Source: Chlorokybus atmophyticus
Taxonomy: Eukaryota > Plantae > Mesostigma and Chlorokybus algae
DNA length: 64,000 bases
NCBI GenBank assembly: GCA_009103225.1
Contig: RHPI01003599.1
Span: 62,001-126,000, forward strand
Reading direction: 5' to 3'
Position 1 is the stretch's first letter, and every line of letters starts with the position of its first letter. A model generated the notes under the pieces. It was not told the origin of the DNA. It worked only from the letters and a program-made list of their open reading frames with translations, and did not search any database. This document shows, piece after piece, positions 50,101 to 62,070 of the stretch. Position numbers and translations under genes: made by a program.

Positions 50101-53100
50101 CCATCTGCGTTCCCGACACCACCAATACCAGCTCACGCGTGCGCGCCCTCGCACTCTCACCCGACTTCACCCAGGTGCGTATAGAAGTAACTCACACATT
50201 CACAATGACACGCATTTACACACACCCTCATCCAGGTTGTTGTGGGTACGAGCGAGGCCACCGTACATCTCCTCAAGCTCTCTCGCAAAGAGTTTGGCGG
50301 CGGAGATGGCGTGAACACTTATCCATGGAGTGCGACGGCCGTGACTGTGGGGGACTACCACATCGGTGCCGTGACGGGCATAGCAGGTGTGTGTGTGGGT
50401 CAAGGAGGGTATATGCTGGGTTGTTGTCGGGGGGTTAACACAACGTGTTTCTCACCATGCAGCGCTGAGGGACGGGAGGCGCGTGGTGACGTGTGGGCAC
50501 GACGGGACGCTGCGCGTGTGGGAGGGAAGGAGGCTAGTGAAGAAACGGCAGTTCACGACGGGGCTGACATGCATCGCTTGCAGCAAAGAGGTGTGCGTGT
50601 GCGTGAACACGTTCATGTGCGTGCAAGTTCTGTTTGTGCACACGCGCGTGTGCACTTGCAGAAACGCGTGCGTGCGTGCGTGCGTGTGTGCGTGTACATG
50701 TGTGTGAGTTGACTCTCACGCGCGCGCAATTGTCTCAGTCTGTCAGTAGGCAGGTTATCTCTTTGAACCAGTGTACACGCACACGTACTCTCACGCGCAC
50801 ACATGCCCCCACTCACCCACCCACCCACCCACCCCAACCGCGCAGGGTTTCATCGCCCTCGGCGGCGACAACGGCTCCCTCCGCCTCCTAACACTGTCCC
50901 AAGACGAGCCCTGCGCCATCACCGTAATCTACCGCACCCGCGCCCACACACTCACCACATCCGTAAGCCCACCCACCCACACATCACCCCACCCCACCCA
51001 ATCACATACAACATGTATTACTAATTATCCTCACCACAGGTGTGTTTTAGCCCGTGCGGGAAGTACCTCGCCTCCGCGGGTTCCGACGGCGTGTTGACCC
51101 TCTTCCTCACCGAGCATGGGTTCGCCGTGAGACCCGCCGGGTTCTACACGTATGGTGGTGGGGGCGGATGCGTCACGTGGGAGGAGGAGGAGAAGAGTGA
51201 GGGGGAGTATGTTGGGTGTGTGGTTGTGGGGGTGAGAGGGGAGGGACGCGTGGTGCGGGTCGGGGTGCCGAGGAATGGGGCGCATGGAGGACAGTGGACG
51301 GCGGAACAAGTAGGTGGTGTGGTGGTGTTTGTATGTGTCTTGTGTGTGGCATTGGGGTTTGGCGTAACTATGTGATACAATGTATCATGCAACAACAGGT
51401 GCGTGCTCAAGATACGCGCGTGGACCACCCGCTTTTGGCTCTCGCAACACCACCCACAGTAAGCTTGTGGTGGTACAGTCATTTCTGTTGGGGTGGATTT
51501 CAAAACGACACAAACATGCACAAGCACACTTCCTAGACATGCACCCACACATGCATGCGTGCGCACGCACGCTCACAAACAAAAACAAAAACAGAAACAT
51601 TAACGACACAACTCGTGCAGAGTGTGGTTGGGGGCGAGGATGTCGGTCCCATGTTGGTTGCTCTGGCGGCCGACAAGGCCCTGAAGGTGTACGCTCTTGG
51701 TTGCGTGGGTGAGGACGCCTTCGGGACCAACGACGAGGGCGAGGACTCCACCACCATCGACAATGAAGACAACAGCAACTCCGGCAGGAGAAGCAGCACA
51801 CAACGAACATCATCAAGACAACAGCAGCGCAAAGCCGTACCGATCTTCGACTCCCCCGCCCACGCCAAACCATCACACTCGATAGGTGAGACACACATCC
51901 ACACACATCCACATGGTCCTCAGAACATGTCCACATACCAACATGACTATCTCTCAGCTGTGGTGGAGGGCGGGGACCTGTTGGCCTCAGCTTCGCCAGA
52001 CGGCTCGCTGCAGCTACGCCGCGTGTCCTCCTTGTCCACATCCATGTCGTTGAACACATCATCGTTCGGCAAGCTCCCCTCCTCAACAACGACTGCTACA
52101 GCAACAACAAGTCTCCCGCTCCACGATCCCGCACTCGGAGGGGCAACCTGCCTTGCCATCGGAAGCAGAAAGGTCTTCACAGGTGAGAAGGAGGAGAGAA
52201 GCACGTTGGGTTGTAAGTGCTTGCATCACCCGTCATGGACAATATCAATACACATACACACGCACACACGACAACAACAACAACAGCAACAACCATAACA
52301 AGTTCACCCTGTGTTTCAGGTGGTGCTGACGGTGCCGTGTTCACATGCGCCGTCCCAGCCGCTGGTTTGTTACCCGCCGTGCGTGAGGAGTACGAGGGTG
52401 CTGCTGCCGCTGTTGTTGTGGACGTCGACGGTATCGATGACGACGGCGCGGACTCTATATCCACCGCGTGGCGCAAAGATGTGGAAAGGAGGTAGGATGG
52501 TAGTGGTGGTGGTGATGGTGGGGGTGGGGGTGATGGTGGAGATGGTGGTGAGTGTGTGTGTGTGTGTGATGCAGGCAAGAAGTGGAGTATCGGGCGGCGC
52601 AGGACAGCATGCGCGTGTTTGTTGAGGAGCTCAAGCGCAAGTTTCAAGAGGCTCTCACAGCCAACGACAACGTACGACATGACCATTGCATCACACGCGC
52701 ACACGCACATGCACGTACACCCACCCGCGCACATTCCACGCGCAGGCTCCCGAGCTCGAGCGTCTCCCCCGCGACGAGTTCCTCATCGACGAGGCAGCTC
52801 GCAACGAGAGCCTCGCGCAAGCCCGCCAAGCCATCGCCGCTGTCCGAGAACAAGTAAAACTCATGTTTGTTGCGTGCTTTACTACGCGTGTGACACCACA
52901 CACAACACGCACACCACATACACACAACGTACACGTGTTGCAGATCAGGCAAGGTGACCTCAAGACGGAACTCCTCATTGAGCGGGTGCGCAAGCTGGGG
53001 TGGGACTCCATGGACGTGCACGGTAAGGGAGGACTCATGTGGACAACCAATGGTTTGTGTCACTATGAAGATGTGTTGGCTGACTTAGACTTCTCGTAGG

Positions 53101-56100
53101 GCTTGCGGTGACGGCGTTCAACTCTGGCCTGTGCGTGCACAACTTCCCGCTGGCATTGCAAGGACGCGCACAGGTCCTCGCCAAGAAGGTAAAGCTGTTC
53201 GCGTTTGCGTGCGGGCGTGTGCGAGCGTGGGTGTGCGTGCATGTGCGTATGCGCATGCACATGCGCATTTGTAATTGCGTGTACGTGTGCACTCGCGCAT
53301 ATGCACATGCAGTGGGTGTGCATGCAACATCCTCGCAACACATTCTGCAAATGCAGATAGTGTTCCTGCGTCAAGTGGAGTCCAAGGAGCTCCGTGCTCG
53401 CCGCCGCGCCGCCCGCGCTCACCGTCTCAACAGCACCATGCCCACCAACACCAACACCAACCTCACCCCTCGCGAGGGCGGCTTCGCGAGCGCGGCCAGC
53501 ACCGCGATGAGTAGCGGAGGGGGCGAGGATGTGGGTAGTCAAGGATTGAGCGAGGGGGAGTATGGGGAGGAGGAGGATGACTTGAGTGATAGCGAGACAA
53601 CATTGAAGACGGCAACGACCAGTGGTAACAGTGGGGGGGATGCGGCGATGGAGATGCTGGACAAGTTGTTGTATAGCCCCTTTGAGCTCAGTGGGGCGAG
53701 ACGGAAAGCCACGCAGGTGGGATGGGAGAGGGGGTGGCACATGTGGGTGCGCACGCATGCGCTGTGTATGTATGTGGGTTTGAGCGTGCGCGCGCTTGCG
53801 CTCGCACGCATGTGTGTGCGGGCGCACCCGTGTGCGTGTGCGTGTTTCTGCTAATGTGTGCACACGCGCATGGGGAAGTGTGGAAATGCGGAAATGTGAC
53901 TGTGTTTTTGTGTGCACGCCCGTGCACATGCGCGTGCGTGTGCACTTTCGTCAACTGCATCACTCACTCTCTCCTACAGGTGCGTTTATTGGCTGAACGA
54001 GTCCGTGCAGAGCGCGCGCGCTTCAACGCGTCGTTCGACGAGGTCCACGCCAAGAAGGTTGCCCTCGTGGACAAGATCGTCGAGAGCAGCGCGCGCGTGG
54101 ACGAGATCCAGCGCGAGCTCGGGATCAACGACAACGTGTTCAGACCCGCCTTGGCCGATTGCGAGGTGGGGTTGTTGTTGGGTTGGGTGGCGGGTTGGGT
54201 GGGGNNNNNNNNNNNNNNNNNNNNNNNNNNNNNNNNNNNNNNNNNNNNNNNNNNNNNNNNNNNNNNNNNNNNNNNNNNNNNNNNNNNNNNNNNNNNNNNN
54301 NNNNNNNNNNNNNNNNNNNNNNNNNNNNNNNNNNNNNNNNNNNNNNNNNNNNNNNNNNNNNNNNNNNNNNNNNNNNNNNNNNNNNNNNNNNNNNNNNNNN
54401 NNNNNNNNNNNNNNNNNNNNNNNNNNNNNNNNNNNNNNNNNNNNNNNNNNNNNNNNNNNNNNNNNNNNNNNNNNNNNNNNNNNNNNNNNNNNNNNNNNNN
54501 NNNNNNNNNNNNNNNNNNNNNNNNNNNNNNNNNNNNNNNNNNNNNNNNNNNNNNNNNNNNNNNNNNNNNNNNNNNNNNNNNGGGGGGTGGGGGGTGGGGA
54601 TGGGGGAGGGTGGGTGATGATGGTGTGGGAGTGGCAGATTGTGGATGCGGCGTTGAGGGTCGAGGACTCGGAAGTGCCGTGCGAAAAGTACGTGTCGCCA
54701 GAGGAGCAGAAAAGGCGACGGGACGCCCAAGCAGAGCAAGAGGCCAGGCTTAGGTATGAATAATGATACAACATCTGCGCACACGCACACCCACCCACCC
54801 ACACGCCCACGTTGCACACAACTCAGGGCGATGCAAGGCGACGACTTAGCTCAACGCGCCCTCAAGGACATGATGGGCAGCAGCGCCAGTACCATGATGT
54901 CCTCTACCTCTTCCACCACCTCCACCTCCACCTCCACCACCTCCACCTCCTCCTCTTCCTCCTTAGACTCCACCCCCCCTCCCCCCAAGCCCACCTGGCT
55001 CCTCGACATGTTGGACTCAACTGGCAAACTCACCGACGACCAGATCAAACAACTCGGTGACGAGAGGGCCAAGCAGTACAAGGAGTGGGAGGGCAAGGAC
55101 AAGGTGTGGGTGGAGGAGAGGGACAAGAGGAGGAAGATGCTGGAGGCGGAGCTGAAGAAGATGAGGGGGGAGGTGGCGGACGGGTGCGGGAGCTTCGATG
55201 AGGGGCTGGCGGGGTTGATGGGGGCGAGGATGGGAGTGGAAGCGGTCACGGGAGGGATGGAAATGAGGATGATAAGGCTCACGGCGGCGCTGTGCGAAGA
55301 TGAAGAACTCACCAAGGAGGTGGGTGAATGCAATCGTTGGCTATTGAAAGTCTGTACACACAGTCACACGCATGCACGCACACCCACGCACGAGCGTGCA
55401 TGGGCCCGCGCGCAGATCCAGACGCATGCACGCACACAACATCCACATGTATGCGCGCGTGTGCATACTCGTGTGCGGGTGCATGCACGCGCACACATAC
55501 CAACATGCCCACTCTACCACTCCCCACCACCAGGAGAGTGCTCTGATTGCCGAGCTCACCGAGCTCCGCAGCAAGAAGTCCAAGTCCACATCCGCACTGG
55601 CCGACTACAGACGCGAGGTACACCTACCTGACCTCAAGACACAACATCTGACACAACATACACATACACACACTCTCTCACCCGCACAGGCGGATGCACT
55701 ACTGAAGCGCTACGAGGCCCTTTTGCAAGACGATCGCCTGTTAGACCGCGCCTTCAAGCGCGACTTCGGCCCGGACTCGGGCAGCGTGGACGCGCTGACA
55801 CTCGAGTCCCTCACGCGCTTGTGGAAGCAACATAAAGGAGGCTCCAACAACAACAACATCAACAGAGGGTCGTCTGCACCCGCTCTCGCCGAGTCGCCTT
55901 CTTCACGTATGTTGGGTGGTGGTCTGATGCAACAACACGCCATCACGTCCCCGCCCTCGTTGGACCCCTTTTGGACTTTGGGTGAACCCGCCAAGGGCGA
56001 TGTGGACATTATCAACAACAACACGCTGAGTGTGGAAGACAAGCCCGAAGGGTGTGACGGGCTTACGTGGGAGAGGTTTATGTTGGCGAGGGGGAAGAAG

Positions 56101-56847
56101 ATTGCGGGTGAGGAGGATATGAGGGCGAGTGGGTTGGTCTCAGCGGATGCGCAGGCACACCTCGCTCGGCTTACGGCAACGGATGATGCGCTGCGTGGGC
56201 GCATTGATGTGATTATGAGGAGACTGGCTGAACTAGCTGATCGACACTCACGTGCAAGGTACAAGCATGCATGTGTATGCATGCCAACATGTATGAACGC
56301 GCACACGTACACACATACGCACAAACGCATGCATGCAAACAGCCGTGCGGATGCGTGTGTATGTGTTCGCGTCATCACTGTGTGCACGTATGTGATTATG
56401 TACGGGTTACCAACATGTCTTCTATCTCAGGCACGACCTAGAGATCCCCTTACGCCTCAAGCAAGGCCAAGTCGAGGCTTCCGTCCCCTCCTTCTCCTCC
56501 ACCTCCACCTCCACCTCCACCTCCTCCGGCGTCATCTTCCTCCACCGCGAGGTCGTCGAGTCCGTCAACGAGGTGGTTCGTTCCCAGGGCGACGGCAAGG
56601 TGGAGGCTTTGGTTGCCATCAAAGAGTTCAAGCGAGGGATTTACCATGAACGATGGAATGGAGAGAGATTGACTATGGTGGAGACGGATCTGCATGACAA
56701 GGTCAAGGATATACAGCTGCTGAGAGTCACAAAGGACCTGCAGGAGTTTATTAAGAATGGAGCGGCGGGGGGAGGGGGAGAGGGAGGAGGGGGAGGGAAC
56801 GCCAACATTGAAGTACAAGCCCTGGAACTGAGGTACTACCTCGAACA

Positions 56848-56879
<32 letters not shown>

Positions 56880-57536
56880 GTGTGTGTGTGTGTAAGCCTG
56901 CATGTGTGCGTGCGTGCGCGTGTGCATCTATTTGTGTGTACACACGCGTGCATGTGTGTCTGCGTGCACCAACCGGCACACATGCGTGAACAGGTACATG
57001 CTTGCGCATGTGAGTACTTTCCTCTCAGGCCATCATATCACCAACCACAGACCCACTATTATATTGCTCCCAGGATGGAGCATAACAGCAAGCTTCACTT
57101 GAAGCACATGTCTGAGATGAAGGTTTCTCTTCAGCGTCTCCAGCAGCAGGCCGCTGTGATGCAGGACGACACGGATCTGATGAAGGGGCGGATATCCAAG
57201 CTGGAGGGCGCGATGCGGGAGCGCTCGCACCTACGGGAGGGGCAGGCGGGGGCGGCAGCGAGACAACATGAGGAGAACGACAAGCGCATGCGCAGGGTGG
57301 TCACGAAGGTGAGAGAGAGAGAGAATGATGTTGGCACATGTGGAAGTCTGTGCCGATGAGGGTGAGTGGTGACTGTTGTTGTTGTGCAGAGGAAGCTGGA
57401 GGAGATAGTGAAGGCCCAGCAGGAACAGATAACTCTTCTCCAGGAGGAGATACACCGCCTGCAGCTGCGGACGTACCCGTCTTTCGTGCAGCAGCGGCCC
57501 TCGCCATACGGGCCGGATACAAAGCAGAAGAGCTGA
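47130..57536 (+). CDS. CFAP43: Cilia- and flagella-associated protein 43 (WD40 N-terminus, coiled-coil C-terminus; many exons, two gaps)
   Basis: SAWGYAGGPVRWLDSDTFLHGVGNAV, LLAYADKNPLDPVVHI, DYKLIIWDW, SVSFCP; multiple WD repeats; C-terminal RKLEEIVKAQQEQITLLQEEIHRLQLRTYPSF. Confidence 0.88.
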
Positions 57537-58012
57537 GGTTGCATCTGGACACTGTGAGCGGAGCAAGTTCTTGCAACCTTCACAATAACTCTCTTCAACG
57601 ATATGCCGCATCCCCCGCAACATCCCAGCCCAAGCTTGCTGCTAGCTATTGGCAGTCCAAACCCAAGCAAGAGTCCAATGCTTGCAAGTAGTCACTATCT
57701 CCTCAACATGCTTGATTGTCTGTCAACCTTACAACAACATGAGCAAGACCATGCCTTGGAACCATTTCCAGCTCTGCATGTGGAACAGTGACTCACTGTT
57801 CCACAACCACTGGTGCATCACTTCCAGTAGGAACCTGTGCTGACCAAATGTGCTGCATAGATGGCCTTTCCCACATCAACCAATCACTGGCATGAGCTTA
57901 CTTGCCAACATATGCCAACATAAGTTCAGACTATACACTGTATACAATATGGTGGCCAAACACCTAAATGACAGAAAAACCCTAAGGTTGTCGACTGCCA
58001 GCAGCTGTTGAG

Positions 58013-61000
58013 CTAGTAAGGCGGATAAAAGTTGTTGTGGGGCGCATTGCGCGGTGGGTACGGCGCTGAATGATGGTTGGGAGGTCCAGCATGCTGATTG
58101 CCAGGCAAGGCGCGAGGCACATACGGCTCAACAAGAGGAGGGTTGAAGTTGTTGGGGCGATACGGTGGTTGCTGTTGATGGTGGCCGCCTGCACCGTTAC
58201 CACCAGACCAGTTGTTTGACGGCTGGTTGTACGGAGGGGAGAACCCGGGTGGAGGGCCACCGCGGCCTCGCTTTGGTGGAGGAGGCTGATGGTGCTGTTG
58301 TTGCTGTCTGGGATGATACTGATCACTACCACTTGCGTGTTGTGCGGGCCGCTTAGAACCTTGCACTGGTTTGTAAGCGGGTCTTTTGGGACTCTGCGCG
58401 GGCGCGGACTTTGGTTCTAGGCGGGCGATGTTGGCCTGGAGCACAGTGGGCGGGAGCTCGCGGGACAGCTCGGGGTGGGCCTCGACCCATCGCAGGACCT
58501 GGCGCATGGCCTTCAGCTCGGTCTTGGCGTCAGCCGAGGCGGCCATGTAGTCCTTGAGCACGCCGGCGGGCGGGAACTGCTCCTGAAGACCAAACGCCTC
58601 CACATACTGCAGCGCGTCACAGTGCCGCACCTGCTGTATGAGGCGCCGCACCAAATCTACAACACAGCAATGTCAGGCCATTGGCCGAGAGGTGCCAGGA
58701 TGCCGCCGATGGGCAGCTTGCATGGACTGCAAGCTGACAACTGTCAGCCTGCCATCCACACTGTGCCAAGCACAGCACGTCTCCCTACAAACGCATTGGA
58801 GGTGCAACGCAGTGCATCTGATAGCTACGCAGTGTGTTGCATCATCTTCTTCAAGTCAACACCAACCGTAGCCAATTGGCAATTGGCTAGGGAGGCAGAG
58901 CGGCAAATTGGCGACAAAGGTTAAACTCCGGTCTAGTATCAGCAACAGCAACACGACAAGAAACAAGCATTGGGCAGGTTCCTCTCACGCTGAAACTAGG
59001 CTCAGCATAGGCCTAAAGCTTGGGACCCTCTTGACGCTGTTGCTGTTACTACTACTAGACTGAGCTTGGGACCCTGTTGAAGTTGTTGCTGAACGTCACC
59101 TAGCAGCAAATCCAACAAAGGTGGCACCCAACTCTAAAACAAAACACACCACCTCAGTCTTGGTAGTAATGCAATGGTGCGGGGTGGGAACTTACCCCGC
59201 ACCATTGTTGGTAACTCTCAACACTGAGCCAACCCGCATTGTCCCACATGTGGACAATTAGGGAAGCTCTGAGTACCTGGAATGCGATTGTTGAGCAGAA
59301 CTGCCCGACAAAGCTCAGTGTCTGGCTTCCGTAAAGAAGCAATCAGAGCACAGCGAAACACATCATCGGAAGAGAAGCGCTGTGCAACCCCGAAGGCTGC
59401 CAGCAGGTGCAAGAACACCTCGGCATCTAGCGGGTCATCAAGCGAAATCTTTGACTTAGCCATCCGCTTGAGCCACAACTTGCCCATGGCCTCCGCATCT
59501 GTCAACAGCTGTGGAGGGGGAGGTGGCACGGTCGGGGCCAGCGCTAAAGCTGCCTGCAACACACACAGGCAAGCCCTTCGCATGGAAGAGCCCTCGCTGC
59601 CATCAGAGCAGTGGGTGCACGGTTGGTCAACATAGCAAGAAACCGCGAGCAACACAACACGCCATCGCTCATAGTCATTGGCAGGCGCTGCCAACAGTGC
59701 TGACTGCACTGCTGCCAGCAGCGTGCGACCGGCCTGACGGTTGCGATGCAACGCATACGGAATCCTCTCAGCTCTGCGATACTCGATGAGATCGCGCAAC
59801 TCTGCCTGCAGGGATGGGGGTGCCTCCGGCGTGGCACGCGCAGGCTGTGAACCAGGGGATGTGAGAGATGTAAACATCGCTGGAGGTGGCAGCTCTCGCG
59901 CAGACTTCGACAATTCTTGCGGTCTGTCTTGCTGCTTTGCTGCGCTGTCCTGATCAGCCCTCTGCTTGGCTGCCTGCTCCTTTTCATAATGCCGCTGCCT
60001 TTCTTCGCGCTCGCGCTCATCCTGCTTGTACTTGGCCGCACGCTCGCGCTCTTCTTCAAGCCTTTTCTTTTGTACGCGTTCCTGCTCGTCCCGCTTTCGT
60101 ATGAGTTCTCTTGCCTCCTGTGCAGCATGCTCTTGCTGCTGCTTCTCCTTTAACAGCCTTTCCTTCTCCTGTTTCTCCAACAACTTCTCCTTGGCCAGTC
60201 TTTCCTTCTCCTTGGCCAGTCTTTCCTTCTCCTTGGCCAGCCTTTCCTTCTCTCGTTGCTCCTGGTTCTCCTTTGCCAATCTTTCCTTCTCCTGTTGCTC
60301 CAGCTGCTCCCTTGCCAGTCGTTCCTTCTCCTGTTGCTGCCTTTCCTTCTCCTGTTGCTCCTGCTCCTCCTTTGCCAACCTTTCCTTCTCCTGTTGCTCC
60401 AGCGTCTCCTTTGCCAGTCGATCCTTCTCCTGTTGCTGCCTTTCCTTTGCCAACCTTTCCTTCTCCTGCTGCTCCTGCTTCTCCTTTGCCAGCTTTTCGT
60501 TTTCCAGTTGCTCCTGCTTCTCCTTTGCCAGTCTTTCCTGCTCCTGCTCCTGCTCCTGCTTCTCCTTTGCGGCCCGCTCCTCTTCTTGCCGCTGTGCTTC
60601 ACGGTCCCTTTCCAGCTTGACCCTCACCAGCTCAGATGCCTGATGCTGGACTCTCACGAAATTAACCTCTGCCTGAGTCGGGTTGGCTACGTTCATCCGC
60701 TCAGCTGATACCACCTCTTGCTTCTGCTCCTTGTTCTGCTCTGACTCAGGCAGCTGAGCTGCCTGCTCCATTGTTACATCCGAAATAGCTAGCACGAGAG
60801 CATCTGAGAATGTCGCTTCCTTTTGCTGGGGCTGCTTGGCAAGTGTCTGTGCTGCTTCTTGCTGCTGTTTTTGCTGCTGCTCATTGGCAGCCTGCCGTTG
60901 CTGTAATTGCTGTTTGAGAAGAATCTGCTCGCGTTCGGCCAGCCAGCTCCGCCTGTCCTGCTCGAGGGCAGCAAGCACTTGGTTGCGTTGCTGCTCAACA

Positions 61001-61413
61001 CGCTGCTTGGAAGCTTCTTCTGCCGCTGGGATGGCGGCTTCACGCTTGTCCAGCGCTTGAGCTCGCGTGAGCAGTGCAGCCTCTTTTGCAGCCAAAACCG
61101 CCTCGCGCTTGCGCTGTCTCTCCTCAGCAGCCTGATAGTAGGCATCCAAGTCACTCCACACCCTCATCAGCTCTTGCATGGCCGTGGTATGCTTTTGGAA
61201 GTCGCCATATGTGTGCTCCGCCCTGGCTTTCAGCGCCTGGTACTCCTCCAGGGGCGGCTGCTGCTTGCTGCAGGGCACAATGGCTTTCGACGCCTGCCCA
61301 TTGCTGCTGCTCGCCAGCAGCGCCTCGTTCAAACTGACGTTGATTACTCTTCCGGCAGCCTCCAAAGCTGATGCTCCGCCGCCTCCGCCAGCGGCGGCAA
61401 CCTCCCCAGCCAT
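58013..61413 (-). CDS. FRL: FRIGIDA-like protein with a long charged coiled-coil insertion (exon 1 ~61413-59277, last exon ~58660-58013)
   Basis: WSDLDAYY (N-terminal FRI motif), LRAELRDL, DAEAMGKLWLKRM, DAEVFLHLLAAFGVAQRF, ELCRAV, VEAFGLQEQFPPAGVLKDYM, KTELKAMRQVLRWVE; Pro/Gln-rich tail. Confidence 0.82.
60150..60560. repeat. Coding tandem repeats (EKERLAK / KEKQEQQ units) inside the FRIGIDA-like gene
   Basis: 21-bp unit ctccttggccag(t/c)ctttcctt x3 near 60186-60248, plus ~39-42-bp units. Confidence 0.85.
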
Positions 61414-62070
61414 ACCCTTCACGAACCCCGCACAGCCCTGACGTGTCAAGCTACTCAGCCCTTGTCCCCTCCAAATGAGCACACGAGCTAGCACAGACAC
61501 AGCAACAGGTCGACAAGAACATAGAAGGCTCTAACAATGGAAAGAACGACGCCACCGACGATGACAACACACACAGAGCAAGAACAAGAACAACACGCAG
61601 CACAGCACGAACTGCACGCAAAGCTGAAGAGCAGTGAAGAAGCCGTCGCTGTCACCTGCTGCTAGCTGCCAAATCCTTTGACCACCGCAGCGCCGCCCAG
61701 CCGCAACGCCACAACCGCTTCCTCAGCAAACGCAACGCCGACTCCAACCCTAGCCCTCGCCTCGGACGTCGACCAGGCCGCCGCCGACGCTGCTGCCGCC
61801 GCCTGCGCCTGCTCCTGCGCCAACTCCCGAACACGATCGATGCGGACGCGTCACTGAAACACGTCGCTAACGATCCGGCTCAGTCAGCAACATCATTGCA
61901 ATTATTGCACATTGGAGAACAGAGTGCAGGAATTATTACCGGCTTTGGCAAAGACGTTGGCTTAAGCTGGGCCCATTGGTGGCCGTGTTGCCGGCGACGG
62001 CGGAGGACGAGGACGAGGAGGGGGAGGAGGAGGAGGAAGAGGCGTGAGGTCAGGTTGGTTGGGTGTCAGC

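Noticed and set aside
60026-60708. Plus-strand Cys/Ser- or Leu-rich ORFs
   Set aside because: Antisense shadows of the FRL coiled-coil repeats.
61745-61976. Telo-box (aaccctag) and site II (tgggcc) promoter module between FRL and AAE3
   Set aside because: The motifs are short and imperfect, and are expected by chance in GC-rich DNA.
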